Part shown: piece by piece, positions 28,774 to 38,717 of the stretch
Position numbering within the stretch: position 1 is the stretch's first letter
Layout: every line of letters starts with the position of its first letter
NCBI GenBank assembly: GCA_026416665.1
Contig: JAOAET010000044.1
Location: forward strand, 2,491-66,490
Direction of reading: 5' to 3'
Length of the DNA stretch: 64,000 bases
Origin: Candidatus Omnitrophota bacterium
GTDB taxonomy: Bacteria; Omnitrophota; Gorgyraeia; Gygaellales; Profunditerraquicolaceae
Program-made: the position numbers and the translations under genes
The notes under the pieces: generated by a model
What the model was told of the DNA's origin: nothing
The model's input: the letters and a program-made list of their open reading frames with translations, nothing else
The model's database searches: none

Positions 28774-30663
28774 TTATCCTTGTTCTTTTTTTAAAGTCAC
28801 AATTGCCTCTCGCAAAAGACGACAATAAAGGTCAAACCCTACGGCATTGACAAAACCGTGTTGTTCTTCTCCTAGTAAATTACCTGCACCGCGAATCTGT
28901 AGATCCTCCATGGCTATTTTAAAACCTGCACCCAGTTGCGCATAATCTTGTATAGCAGACAGTCTTCTCCGAGCAACGGTAGAAAGGGTCTCCGCAGGTG
29001 GCGTTAAAAAATAAGCGTATGCTGAACGGTTAAACCTGCCAACCCTTCCCCGTAATTGGTGTAAATCCGATAAGCCAAAAGTATGAGCATTGTTGACAAT
29101 AATGGTATTTGCATTAGGTATATCTATCCCTGACTCTATAATCATTGTGCAAACAAAAACGTCAACCTTACCTGCCAAAAAATCTGCCATTACCGCCTCT
29201 AATTGCCGACTTGGCATCTTACCATGTCCAATAGCAATACGGCTATCTTCAGGGCTAAGACGTTTAACTATCTGAGCAATCTTCTCAATATCTTCAATGC
29301 AATTGTGTAAAAAGAAAACTTGACCTTTTCTTTTTAACTCGCGGGCTATGGCTTGACGAATAATTTCCTCATCATATTCTACCACGACTGTTTTAATGGG
29401 CAATCTATTTTCTGGAGGTGTATTTATTACAGAGAGATCTTTTGCTCCCATCAAACTCATATAAAGGGTTCTGGGAATAGGGGTTGCTGTCAAAGTTAAT
29501 ACATCGGTGGTTAAACGTAATTGCTTTAATTTCTCCTTTGCCCGAACTCCAAAACGTTGCTCTTCATCAATAATGACTAATCCCAAATCTTTAAAAACAA
29601 CATCGTCAGAAAGTAATCTGTGTGTTCCAATCACGATATCAACTTTACCCTCAGCAACACGCTTTAAAATATCCTGTTGTTGTTGTTGTGTCCTAAAACG
29701 GGAAAGCATTTCTACAAATATGGGAAAATCTTTTAGTCGGTTGATAAAATTATGATAATGCTGTTCTGCCAAAATAGTAGTAGGGACAAGGTAAGCAACT
29801 TGCTTTTTATCTAAAACCGCCTTAAAAGCAGCACGCATAGCCACCTCAGTTTTGCCATAACCAACGTCTCCACACAAAAGACGATCCATAGGTTTTGGCT
29901 TCTGCATATCCTCTTTAACCTGTAAGGTTGCGGTAATCTGGTCAGGGGTCTCTGTAAAGGGAAAACTCTTTTCAAATGCCTGTTGCAATTCATTGTCTTC
30001 GGAGAAAGCAAATCCTTTTGCGCTCATCCTTAGTGCCTGCAGAGATAAAAGCTCCCAGGCAAGTTTCTGAATACCCTTTTTTGCTTTATTTTTAATGCGT
30101 TGCCACTCTAATGAACCTAAACGGTTTAACTTTGGTCGGCGTGTTTGGAAAGCAATATATTTCTGCACAAGATGCATTGAGGTAATTGGCACATACAACT
30201 TTTCCTTACCCTCATACTCAATAACCAGATTATCAACATACTTATCGCCAAGTTTTACCTTCTGCATTCCCAGAAACCGACCAATTCCGTAATCAGTATG
30301 CACTACATAGTCTCCCACTGAGATATCCACGAAACTTTCTAAAGGATAACGTTCACTAAAGGTAGTGCGTCTAAAAGAAGAGACCTTTCTAAAAGGAAGA
30401 ATAATAACCATCTGATGAGCCCAAAGTAAACGGCCATCTTGGTAATCAAATGTCCTTATACTAGATATTTTGTCGTTATCAATCTCAATACGGATAGGTA
30501 GTTCAAAAGTATAAGCAAAGATATCAATTACCCCCCCACGCACAGCAAAATCCCCTTCTTCTACCACCTGCGTATGTCTTTGGTAAGAAAAACCCACCAA
30601 GTCCTCACTAAGTTCCTGAGGCTGTATAGTCTGACCCACATATAACTTTAGTGATTTAAACAT
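28774..30663 (-). CDS. mfd: Transcription-repair coupling factor, short form (629 aa). It has the RNAP-interacting CarD/TRCF domain plus both translocase RecA-like domains, but lacks the N-terminal UvrB-homology module (D1a/D2) and the C-terminal D7.
   Basis: CarD_TRCF motif DYVVHTDYGIGRFLG...EGKEKLYVPI, helicase motifs GDVGYGKTEVA, DEEQRFGV and TATPIPRTL, and a TRG-like region. Only 113 nt separate its start from the secDF stop, so no upstream coding space exists. Confidence 0.75.
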   Translation of the reverse strand: MFKSLKLYVGQTIQPQELSEDLVGFSYQRHTQVVEEGDFAVRGGVIDIFAYTFELPIRIEIDNDKISSIRTFDYQDGRLLWAHQMVIILPFRKVSSFRRTTFSERYPLESFVDISVGDYVVHTDYGIGRFLGMQKVKLGDKYVDNLVIEYEGKEKLYVPITSMHLVQKYIAFQTRRPKLNRLGSLEWQRIKNKAKKGIQKLAWELLSLQALRMSAKGFAFSEDNELQQAFEKSFPFTETPDQITATLQVKEDMQKPKPMDRLLCGDVGYGKTEVAMRAAFKAVLDKKQVAYLVPTTILAEQHYHNFINRLKDFPIFVEMLSRFRTQQQQQDILKRVAEGKVDIVIGTHRLLSDDVVFKDLGLVIIDEEQRFGVRAKEKLKQLRLTTDVLTLTATPIPRTLYMSLMGAKDLSVINTPPENRLPIKTVVVEYDEEIIRQAIARELKRKGQVFFLHNCIEDIEKIAQIVKRLSPEDSRIAIGHGKMPSRQLEAVMADFLAGKVDVFVCTMIIESGIDIPNANTIIVNNAHTFGLSDLHQLRGRVGRFNRSAYAYFLTPPAETLSTVARRRLSAIQDYAQLGAGFKIAMEDLQIRGAGNLLGEEQHGFVNAVGFDLYCRLLREAIVTLKKEQG

Positions 30664-30696
30664 TATCTTAACAAGAATTGATTTATCTTATTGCCA

Positions 30697-30745
30697 AGTA
30701 AAAACGTCTGCCCATCAAACTTAACTTAAAGCAGACGTTTTATAT
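30697..30745 (-). terminator. Intrinsic (bidirectional) terminator between secDF and mfd: an 11-bp perfect stem AAAACGTCTGC/GCAGACGTTTT with a 19-nt loop and A/T tracts
   Basis: Perfect inverted repeat at 30701-30711 and 30731-30741, read directly from the sequence. Confidence 0.55.
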
Positions 30746-30776
30746 TTAAACTTCTTATTTTTTAAACACCAAACAA

Positions 30777-32978
30777 TTATCTTTTTTTATCTTGGCTCCA
30801 GATAAATACAAGTGGCGTTGCGATAAAGATAGTCGAGTATACCCCTGAGACAAAGCCTACTAAAAGTGTAAAGGCAAAGTTATTGAGCACCTCTCCGCCA
30901 AATAAAAATAGTGCAATTACTGTCAAAAGAGTAACTACTGTAGTTAATAAGGTTCTGCTTAATGTCTGATTAACACTCATATTAAGTAAATCTTTCAAGG
31001 TATATTTACGAATTATCTGGCTATTTTCTCGCATACGGTCATAAATAACAATAGTGTCATTAATGGAATAACCTGCAATCGTCAAAAAAGCAGTAACTGA
31101 TAACAGGTCAACTTGTCTTCCTGTAACCGCTAAAGCCCCCAAGGAAACCAATACATCATGAAAGAGTGCGATAACACCGGCAGCAGCAAAATTAAAGTGC
31201 TTAAACCGAAACGCAACATAAATTAAAATACCCACTAATGACCAAAAAAGTGCCTTTTGTGCCTTGTGTTTAAGATGTCTTCCTGCGACAGGACCGACTC
31301 TTTCTACTTTAAGAATCTGAATATCTTGATTTGGAAAAGTTTGGATTAGTTTTTCGGTAATTTCTTTATTTTTGTCTTCAGTAGTTCGTATAGTAATTAC
31401 ATTGGGCTGGTCTTTAAACTGCTGAATAGAAGCGTCTGCAAGGGCTAATGCACGTAAAGCCTGTCGCACTTTGTCAATATCTACAGGTTCCTTAAAACGA
31501 TATTCCTGAAGTTGTCCACCTGCAAAATCAATCCCATAGACGGTCTTTTGTCTTGCAAAAAATGTCCCTAATCCTACCAAAATCACAAAAATAGAAATAG
31601 CAAAGAAAATTCTACGCCTTCCAATAAAATCAATCTTCGTTGGTTTTATAAGTTCTAACATTGGTAGGCTTTTAATAAGATTAGCTGATAATAACCACTC
31701 AAAAATAGCCCTAGTTACAACAATAGCAGTAAACATACTGCTTAAAAGACCAATAGTCAGTGTAACTGCAAATCCTCTAATAGGACCTGTTCCGAACTGA
31801 AAAAGTAAAAATGCAGCAATTAAAGTAGTAAGATTTGAGTCAAAAATTGCGCTAAATGCCTTATCGTAACCATTTAGTATAGCGAGGCGTAAATTCTTTC
31901 CTTGTTTTATTTCTTCTCGAATCCTCTCATTAATAAGAACATTAGCATCTACTGCCATACCTAAAGACAAAGCAATACCCGCAATACCAGGCAAGGTTAA
32001 AGTAGCGGAAATACCAGGAAAAAGTATAGGAAGCATGCCCAAAACTCCTAAAATCATCACAAAGTTTAAAATTAAGGCAATACAAGAAACCACCCCTGCC
32101 AAAAGATAATAACTTATCATTGCCACAAAGACCGCAACTACACCAATTAAACTTGCCTTAATTCCTTTAGAAATAGAATCCTGTCCTAAAAGTGGCCCTA
32201 TGGTGCGCTCTTCTTCCACCCGCATTGGTGCTGGCAAGGCCCCAACTCTTAATATAATCGCCAAATCCTGCGCCTGTTGCACAGTAAAACGACCGCTAAT
32301 AACTGCCTCACCACTTGGAATAGGTTCACGTATACGCGGGGCGGATTGAACCTTACCATCCAACACAATAGCCAACCTCCGACCAACATTAACAGAGGTC
32401 AACTCTGCAAACTTTTTCGTGCCTTCAGCATTAAACTTTAACGAAACCACCGGCTCATTAAAACCAGTAGTAGAAAACTGTACCTGTGCATCCACAAGGG
32501 AAGCACCTGTTAGTTGTGCTTGTTTCTCTAAAAGTATTGGTTCGTTTTCTTCCTCAGTATATTTTAATTCGTAACCTTCTGGGACATTACCAGCCAATGC
32601 CTGTTTTAGTTTTTCTTGGTCACTTTCAACTAATTTAAATTCTAGTAGAGCAGTTTTTCCTATCAACTCTAAAGCACGCTGTCGGTCAGTAATACCAGGA
32701 AGTTGTACTACTATCTCATCCTCTCCTTGTTTCTGTATTGACGGCTCACGCACACCAAATTCATCTATCCTGTTACGTAAAACCTCAATTGCTCTATCCG
32801 CAGCGTCTTTACGTGCAGCTTGATCTATCTTATCCGTCTCTACTTTCAATAACAAATGCATTCCACCTTTTAAGTCTAAACCAAAATTTATCCTTTTCTC
32901 TAAAGGAAAGGCATAATAAATACATAATGCTACCAGTCCAATAATTATGGCTGTTTTTAGAAGCAGTTTGTTATTCAT
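30777..32978 (-). CDS. secDF: Protein translocase subunit SecDF (fused SecD-SecF)
   Basis: 733-aa ORF with 12 predicted TM segments and two periplasmic domains, showing SecD/SecF conserved blocks. Confidence 0.85.
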   Translation of the reverse strand: MNNKLLLKTAIIIGLVALCIYYAFPLEKRINFGLDLKGGMHLLLKVETDKIDQAARKDAADRAIEVLRNRIDEFGVREPSIQKQGEDEIVVQLPGITDRQRALELIGKTALLEFKLVESDQEKLKQALAGNVPEGYELKYTEEENEPILLEKQAQLTGASLVDAQVQFSTTGFNEPVVSLKFNAEGTKKFAELTSVNVGRRLAIVLDGKVQSAPRIREPIPSGEAVISGRFTVQQAQDLAIILRVGALPAPMRVEEERTIGPLLGQDSISKGIKASLIGVVAVFVAMISYYLLAGVVSCIALILNFVMILGVLGMLPILFPGISATLTLPGIAGIALSLGMAVDANVLINERIREEIKQGKNLRLAILNGYDKAFSAIFDSNLTTLIAAFLLFQFGTGPIRGFAVTLTIGLLSSMFTAIVVTRAIFEWLLSANLIKSLPMLELIKPTKIDFIGRRRIFFAISIFVILVGLGTFFARQKTVYGIDFAGGQLQEYRFKEPVDIDKVRQALRALALADASIQQFKDQPNVITIRTTEDKNKEITEKLIQTFPNQDIQILKVERVGPVAGRHLKHKAQKALFWSLVGILIYVAFRFKHFNFAAAGVIALFHDVLVSLGALAVTGRQVDLLSVTAFLTIAGYSINDTIVIYDRMRENSQIIRKYTLKDLLNMSVNQTLSRTLLTTVVTLLTVIALFLFGGEVLNNFAFTLLVGFVSGVYSTIFIATPLVFIWSQDKKR

Positions 32979-33042
32979 TTAAGCAGTCCTTTTTTATTAT
33001 TTTTAACTTTTAGTTTTACTTTTTAAAATTTTAACCTAAGAA

Positions 33043-33333
33043 TCAATTGCTTTTATCTGTATCTTGCTTTTTTATATAGGCAACAGTTGCCTTTTCTATC
33101 TCTATCTTTACATTATCATCTATACGTAGAATCACCGTATTGTCTTTTACATTTACAATTGTTCCATGAATCCCACAGGAGGTAACTACCTCGTCATTCT
33201 TTTTTAAGCTCTTAAGCATCTGTTGATGCCTTCTCTCTTGCTGGCGTTGGGGACGAATCACTAAAAAATACATAATCCCAAACACCATAATAAGGGGCAC
33301 AAGTGGTGAAGCAAGAATTTGTTGGATATCCAT
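33043..33333 (-). CDS. yajC: Preprotein translocase subunit YajC
   Basis: 96-aa ORF with a single TM helix (VPLIMVFGIMYFLVIRPQRQQ) and the YajC signature. It lies upstream of secDF. Confidence 0.8.
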   Translation of the reverse strand: MDIQQILASPLVPLIMVFGIMYFLVIRPQRQQERRHQQMLKSLKKNDEVVTSCGIHGTIVNVKDNTVILRIDDNVKIEIEKATVAYIKKQDTDKSN

Positions 33334-33335
33334 CT

Positions 33336-33593
33336 TTATGCCTCCTTTTGAAGAACTTTTACAGACTTTTTAACAGCTAACTTTACTGCCGCAGTGGGTT
33401 GGGCACCTTTCTCTAACCAATAATTGTAACGTTCTAGGTTAACCCTGACTTGTTTAGAAATAGGATTATAAAACCCCAAATCCTCAATAAACCTTCCATC
33501 ACGGTTTCTTCGCTCATCAAAAACGGTGATGCGAAAATGTGGTCTTTTTTTAGGATTTTTTCCAATTCTGCGAAGCCGAATACGTACTGCCAT
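33336..33593 (-). CDS. rpsP: 30S ribosomal protein S16
   Basis: 85-aa ORF MAVRIRLRRIGKNPKKRPHFRI...GFYNP, the classic S16 sequence. Confidence 0.9.
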   Translation of the reverse strand: MAVRIRLRRIGKNPKKRPHFRITVFDERRNRDGRFIEDLGFYNPISKQVRVNLERYNYWLEKGAQPTAAVKLAVKKSVKVLQKEA

Positions 33594-33603
33594 TGTTTCC
33601 TCC

Positions 33604-35091
33604 TTAAGTTTGCCTTAGCGCTTCAAATAATGCATGCGCCTTATTTAAAGTTTCCTTATATTCTCTTTCCGGAATAGAATCTGAGACTATCCCTGCACCT
33701 GCTTGAACATAAGCATTTCCATCTTTAATTATAATAGTGCGAATGGTAATACAGGTATCAAGTGTTCCTGAGAAACTTACATATCCTACACAACCTGCAT
33801 AAGGACCACGGCGGACATTTTCTAATTCATCAATTATCTCCATTGCCCTTACCTTAGGGCTTCCGGTAACTGTGCCAGCAGGAAAACAAGCTGTTAATGC
33901 ATCAAAGGCGGTAAATTTTTTTGCAAGTTTTCCTGAGATATCGCTTACCAGATGCATCACATGGGAATAACGTTCTACCGCCATAAATGTATTTACTCTA
34001 ACTGTCCCTGGTATACTCACACGACCAATGTCATTTCTGCCTAAATCCACTAACATCAGATGTTCTGCCTTTTCTTTAACGCTTTGTAGAAGCTGATCCT
34101 CTAAAGTCTTATCTTCCTTTTCATTTATTCCGCGACGTCGAGTTCCTGCAATAGGCCGTGTCTGAACTACCCCATTTTCACAACGGACTAATAATTCTGG
34201 TGATGCACCAACAAGCGTTAAGTCCTTTAATTTTAGAAAGAACATATATGGCGATGGATTAAGACTACGCAGTCGTCGATAAATCACAAAAGGCTCTTGC
34301 CGAATTTTTGTTTTAAAACGCTGTGAGATAACCACCTGAATAATCTCACCACAGCGAATATATCTTTTTGCTTTATTAACTATATCACAAAAAGAAGATT
34401 TGTCAAAATTGGAGTTAAACTTTATTGGTCTTGGATGTCTACCAATTACTAAAGGTTCAGCGACCTTTTTATTGAATGCCTTTTCTACTGCATCAATCTT
34501 TTGGATTGCTTCTTTATAGAACTGTCTTTTTCTTAAAACACTTAATGGCTTATTTGGGGGTAATAGACAATTAGCTACGATTTTTATTGTATGTTTGACG
34601 TGGTCAAAAACAAGAACAGTATCTGCTAACATAAAGACCATATCATAAAAACCAAGCTCATCAGGATTTTTATCAGGAATATTTTCAAAGAAACGCACTA
34701 CATCATAACCAATAAATCCTACACAACCGCCGTAGAAACGCGGTAACCCTTTTATCTGGGCAGGTTTAAATTCCTGCATAAAAGATTCAAGTTCTTTTAA
34801 TGGAGTGGTTTGTGTTCTAAACAGGCGTTTTTTCTTCTCCTTGCGATTAATAATTTCTATCAAAGGACCTTTACTTTGAAAAATTATCGAGGGATTATTC
34901 CCCAGAAAAGAATACCTAGCTATTTTCTCTTGCCCTTCTACAGACTCCAATAAAAAAGCATAATCGTCTTTGTCTAATTTTAAGAAGCTTGAAACAGGTG
35001 TCTCTAAATCTGCGCTTATTTCTTTCACAACGGGAATAACATTAGCATATTGAGCGAATTCACAAAAATCTTTAAAGGTAGGGTAAATCAT
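33604..35091 (-). CDS. trpE: Anthranilate synthase component I family protein (TrpE/PabB chorismate-utilising enzyme)
   Basis: 495-aa ORF with the [15 protein letters not shown] (LLES/Trp-pocket-like) motif and the C-terminal chorismate-binding domain (GAGIVSDS). No trpG or trpD lies adjacent. Confidence 0.7.
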   Translation of the reverse strand: MIYPTFKDFCEFAQYANVIPVVKEISADLETPVSSFLKLDKDDYAFLLESVEGQEKIARYSFLGNNPSIIFQSKGPLIEIINRKEKKKRLFRTQTTPLKELESFMQEFKPAQIKGLPRFYGGCVGFIGYDVVRFFENIPDKNPDELGFYDMVFMLADTVLVFDHVKHTIKIVANCLLPPNKPLSVLRKRQFYKEAIQKIDAVEKAFNKKVAEPLVIGRHPRPIKFNSNFDKSSFCDIVNKAKRYIRCGEIIQVVISQRFKTKIRQEPFVIYRRLRSLNPSPYMFFLKLKDLTLVGASPELLVRCENGVVQTRPIAGTRRRGINEKEDKTLEDQLLQSVKEKAEHLMLVDLGRNDIGRVSIPGTVRVNTFMAVERYSHVMHLVSDISGKLAKKFTAFDALTACFPAGTVTGSPKVRAMEIIDELENVRRGPYAGCVGYVSFSGTLDTCITIRTIIIKDGNAYVQAGAGIVSDSIPEREYKETLNKAHALFEALRQT

Positions 35092-35094
35092 ACT

Positions 35095-35430
35095 CTAAGC
35101 AAGTCTTCTATAAAAACAAGAACGTTTTCCTGTATGACAAGCAACCCCGACTTGTCTAACCTTAATTAACAAGGCATCTTTATCACAATCATAGTAAATA
35201 CTTTTAACAAATTGGTAGTGCCCTGAAGTCATTCCTTTCACCCAATATTCCTTTCGTGAGCGTGACCAGAAACAGGTTTTTCCTGACAGAAGAGTTCGAC
35301 GTAAAGACTCTTTGTTCATATAAGCAACCATTAAGACCTCTTTGGTTTTATAATCCTGAATAATTGCGGGTATCAGTCCATTTTGGTCAAAAGTAAGTTC
35401 TGATAATCTTATTTTACTTTTTAATGCCAT
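35095..35430 (-). CDS. hisI: Phosphoribosyl-AMP cyclohydrolase (monofunctional, no HisE domain)
   Basis: 111-aa ORF; the motifs [19 protein letters not shown] and [10 protein letters not shown] are typical of HisI. Confidence 0.85.
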   Translation of the reverse strand: MALKSKIRLSELTFDQNGLIPAIIQDYKTKEVLMVAYMNKESLRRTLLSGKTCFWSRSRKEYWVKGMTSGHYQFVKSIYYDCDKDALLIKVRQVGVACHTGKRSCFYRRLA

Positions 35431-35451
35431 ATTAATTTTCTCCTTTTTTAC

Positions 35452-36219
35452 TTATCGTACCAAAACACCTTTTTCTCTTAAGTATTTCTTAATTTCAGGT
35501 ATGGTTAAAGTCTGATAATGAAATAGAGAAGCAGCTAACGCTGCGTCAGCGGCTGCTTTAGTTAATACATCGTAGAAATGCTCTTTCTTTCCTGCACCGC
35601 CAGAGGCAATTACGGGAATAGAAACAGCCCCAGTTACTGCAGAAGTTAACTCTAAATCATAACCGTTTTTTGTTCCATCTGCATCAATACTGGTTAAGAG
35701 GATCTCTCCTGCACCTAATCGTGCGACCTCTTTTGCCCATTCCACAGCCTCAAGTTCTGTAGGGGTTCTTCCTCCGTGAATAAACACCTGCCACTTAAGA
35801 CACTTACTTTTTGTGGTTATACGTTTTGCATCAATGGCTACTACAATACACTGGCTGCCGAACTTACCAGCTGCCTCAGAAATTAACTGCGGATACTTTA
35901 CTGCTTGGGTATTAATAGAAACCTTATCAGCTCCAGCATTTAAAAGGTCACGTATATCTTGTAAACCAGTAATACCCCCACCCACTGTAAATGGCATAAA
36001 GATATTCTGGGCAATCTTTTCTACTAAAGAAACCAAAGTCTTGCGCTTCTGGTAACTGGCAGTAATATCTAAAAAAACTAGCTCATCTGCTTGCTGTTGG
36101 TCATATACTTTGGCTACTTCTACAGGGTTTCCAGCATCACGCAGACCTTCAAACTTAACACCTTTTACTACTCTGCCATCTTTGATATCCAGGCAAGGAA
36201 TTATTCGTTTGGTAAGCAT
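35452..36219 (-). CDS. hisF: Imidazole glycerol phosphate synthase cyclase subunit
   Basis: 255-aa ORF with [15 protein letters not shown] and the (beta/alpha)8 HisF motifs. Confidence 0.9.
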   Translation of the reverse strand: MLTKRIIPCLDIKDGRVVKGVKFEGLRDAGNPVEVAKVYDQQQADELVFLDITASYQKRKTLVSLVEKIAQNIFMPFTVGGGITGLQDIRDLLNAGADKVSINTQAVKYPQLISEAAGKFGSQCIVVAIDAKRITTKSKCLKWQVFIHGGRTPTELEAVEWAKEVARLGAGEILLTSIDADGTKNGYDLELTSAVTGAVSIPVIASGGAGKKEHFYDVLTKAAADAALAASLFHYQTLTIPEIKKYLREKGVLVR

Positions 36220-36237
36220 AAATATCTTTTTTTAGCC

Positions 36238-36672
36238 TTATTCCTTAAGATAGGCAGATAATACTGCCCAGGTTTTTTTGCCCACCTTACCATCTACTAC
36301 TAATCCGTTTTGTCGTTGGAATTCTCTAATAGCTGAACGTGTCTTCTTACCCATTGTTCCATCTATTGGACCAGGGTCAAACCCAGCATTCTTTAAAGCT
36401 ATCTGAATCTGTTTGATAGTGGGCTTTTTATAACTTTGCGAGAGTCTTTCCTGGCGATAAAGATTATATTTTTCCTCAGTAGTCTGGCTTAACGACCTAC
36501 GCAGACTATCTATCTCAGCATCCTTCTGCTCAATGGTTTTCTCTAGATTCTGTACCTGCAGACGTAATGTCTCATTTTCCTGAGCAAGTTTTTTTTGCGA
36601 GGTAGTAGCACAACCACTGGTCAAAGCCATTATCAGTAAACCCAATCCTAGAAAAAATACCCTCTGTATCAT
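36238..36672 (-). CDS. Lipoprotein with a coiled-coil region and a C-terminal peptidoglycan-binding domain (PG_binding_1-like)
   Basis: 144-aa ORF with signal peptide plus lipobox-like LTSGC, a heptad-rich middle, and a C-terminal ALKNAGFDPGPIDGTMGKKTRSAIREFQRQNGLVVDGKVGKKTW. It overlaps the hisA stop by 4 nt. Confidence 0.6.
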   Translation of the reverse strand: MIQRVFFLGLGLLIMALTSGCATTSQKKLAQENETLRLQVQNLEKTIEQKDAEIDSLRRSLSQTTEEKYNLYRQERLSQSYKKPTIKQIQIALKNAGFDPGPIDGTMGKKTRSAIREFQRQNGLVVDGKVGKKTWAVLSAYLKE

Positions 36673-37424
36673 CTTCCCTCCTTTGATAATATGTGTTTGT
36701 TATTTTTTCTTTTGATCAAACCCACTGCCTCTTTGAGAGTAAATTTGTTTTCGTAAAGTGCTTTACCAATAATTACTGCCTCTACACCACAAATTAAACA
36801 AAGTTGCTGGATGTCATTGAGACTAGAAACTCCTCCTGAAGCAATCACCTTGAGAGCTGTTTGTTCAATGAATTCTTTTATTCCTCCAAAATTACATCCG
36901 CGAAGTGTCCCGTCCTTAGTAATATCCGTATATATAACTTTACAGATACCTATTTCCTTTAACCAGTAGGCAAACTCAATAGCTCCAATCGTAGAAATCT
37001 TTTGCCAACCATTTGTTGTAACTTTACCGTCTTTGACATCTATACTTACAATAACTTTATCACCGAATTTCTCAAATGCAGCCTTAAAGAATTCTTTATC
37101 CTCTATTGCCTTTGTGCCTAAAACAACGCGACTGACACCTTGCTTTAGTAAATTCTTAATAGTAATTATATCCCTTACCCCTCCACCAAATTCTACAGGT
37201 ATATCTACAGACTTAAGAATTTCTTTTAGACTGCCAATATTAACGATATTACCAGTTAATGCACCATCAAGGTCTACTACATGAATAAGCTGAGCACCCT
37301 GTTTCTGCCAGTGCTTTGCTATTACAGCGGCATTACGGCTATACACCTTTTGCGCACTAGGTCTGCCTTGAAACAACCGCACTACTTTTCCGTCTTTAAG
37401 ATCTATTGCTGGAATAATTAACAT
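36669..37424 (-). CDS. hisA: 1-(5-phosphoribosyl)-5-[(5-phosphoribosylamino)methylideneamino]imidazole-4-carboxamide isomerase
   Basis: 251-aa ORF beginning MLIIPAIDLKDGKVVRL, with HisA TIM-barrel motifs. Confidence 0.9.
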   Translation of the reverse strand: MLIIPAIDLKDGKVVRLFQGRPSAQKVYSRNAAVIAKHWQKQGAQLIHVVDLDGALTGNIVNIGSLKEILKSVDIPVEFGGGVRDIITIKNLLKQGVSRVVLGTKAIEDKEFFKAAFEKFGDKVIVSIDVKDGKVTTNGWQKISTIGAIEFAYWLKEIGICKVIYTDITKDGTLRGCNFGGIKEFIEQTALKVIASGGVSSLNDIQQLCLICGVEAVIIGKALYENKFTLKEAVGLIKRKNNKHILSKEGR

Positions 37425-37447
37425 ACCATTATAAAAAATTTTCTACA

Positions 37448-38062
37448 CTAAAGGGTAACAAAATTCTCTATTATTTTTAGCCCTACCTGCTGGCTCTTCT
37501 CTGGATGAAACTGAGTAGCAAAAATATTGTCTTTCCAGAGAATCGAACAAAATTCTATACCGTAATCTGTAGTTGCAGCTATAACCATATTATCTTTTGG
37601 TTGAGCAAAATAGGAGTGGCAAAAATACACACTACTTGCGTCGTCCACACCTTTAAAAAGGGGACAATTAAGTCTTCTAAAATTTATTTGATTCCACCCA
37701 ATATGCGGAACTTTTAAGTGTGAACTTGCCTCAAACTTTTTTACCACCCCTGGAATAATCCCTAAACCTGCAACTGCCTCTGATTCTTGGCTGGCCTCTA
37801 ATAAAATATGCATACCTAAACAAATTCCTAAAAAGGGCTTTTTTTCTTGGATGTGTTGATAAATAACCTCTTCTAATCCGTATTTACGCAGTGCCTGTAC
37901 AGCATCACCAAAAGAACCTACTCCAGGCAAGACGATTTTTTCTACTTTTTTTAACTCATTAGGGTGGTTGCTAATTATTGTTTCTGCCCCCATTCTTTCA
38001 AAGGCCTTGCGCACACTGTGTAGGTTACCCATACCATAATCTATAATTGCTATCATATTCAC
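37448..38062 (-). CDS. hisH: Imidazole glycerol phosphate synthase glutamine amidotransferase subunit
   Basis: 204-aa ORF with a class I GATase Cys-His-Glu triad context (GICLGMHIL, HPE). Confidence 0.9.
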   Translation of the reverse strand: MNMIAIIDYGMGNLHSVRKAFERMGAETIISNHPNELKKVEKIVLPGVGSFGDAVQALRKYGLEEVIYQHIQEKKPFLGICLGMHILLEASQESEAVAGLGIIPGVVKKFEASSHLKVPHIGWNQINFRRLNCPLFKGVDDASSVYFCHSYFAQPKDNMVIAATTDYGIEFCSILWKDNIFATQFHPEKSQQVGLKIIENFVTL

Positions 38063-38080
38063 CCTGTTAAAAAAATAAAA

Positions 38081-38677
38081 TTAATCGATTATTCCCTTGG
38101 TAGAAGGAACACCTTTTCTGCGTAGGTCTATCTGAGTAGCTTGATCCAATGCTATACCCAATGCCTTAAAAACTGGTTCTAATACTGTATGCAAGTCATT
38201 ATTTGCCTGCTCAATACTAATGTTTAAATTCATCCCTAAATGCTTGGCAAAACCATCAAAAAAATGTTTGGCATCTTCTATTTCATAACCTTCTTTAGCA
38301 GGTACAGAAGTACTTATCTTAAAATCAAGGAAACCGCGCCCATTAATATCTAAAACTACGGAAGCCAAAACTTCTTCCATAGGCACACGGGCATCACCAA
38401 AACGTCTTATTCCTTTTTTACTACCTAATGCCTTCTTAAAGGCCTCGCCTAGAACAATACCTATATCTTCGTTCGTATGATGAATATCAACGGCTAAATC
38501 TCCCTTGGCTTGAATTTCAAGGTCAAAAAAACCGTGAAAGGCAAATAACTCAAGCATATGATCCAAAAAGGCAATACCTGTTTTTATTCTTGTCTTACCC
38601 GAACCATCTATGGAAAGTTTTATAGTAATATCCGTCTCTTTGGTTTTTCTACGATAAATACAGTTTCTTTTTTTCAT
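38081..38677 (-). CDS. hisB: Imidazoleglycerol-phosphate dehydratase
   Basis: 198-aa ORF with IGPD motifs (FLDHMLELFAFHG, HHTNEDIGI). Confidence 0.9.
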   Translation of the reverse strand: MKKRNCIYRRKTKETDITIKLSIDGSGKTRIKTGIAFLDHMLELFAFHGFFDLEIQAKGDLAVDIHHTNEDIGIVLGEAFKKALGSKKGIRRFGDARVPMEEVLASVVLDINGRGFLDFKISTSVPAKEGYEIEDAKHFFDGFAKHLGMNLNISIEQANNDLHTVLEPVFKALGIALDQATQIDLRRKGVPSTKGIID

Positions 38678-38717
38678 AATTACCTCATACTTTTTAAGTT
38701 AGTCTTTATCTAATATA

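Noticed and set aside
28774-30663. Short mfd as a pseudogene fragment
   Set aside because: The ORF is intact, keeps all translocase and RNAP-binding motifs, has a proper start adjacent to a terminator and is tightly coupled to surA. That looks like a functional shortened form rather than decay.
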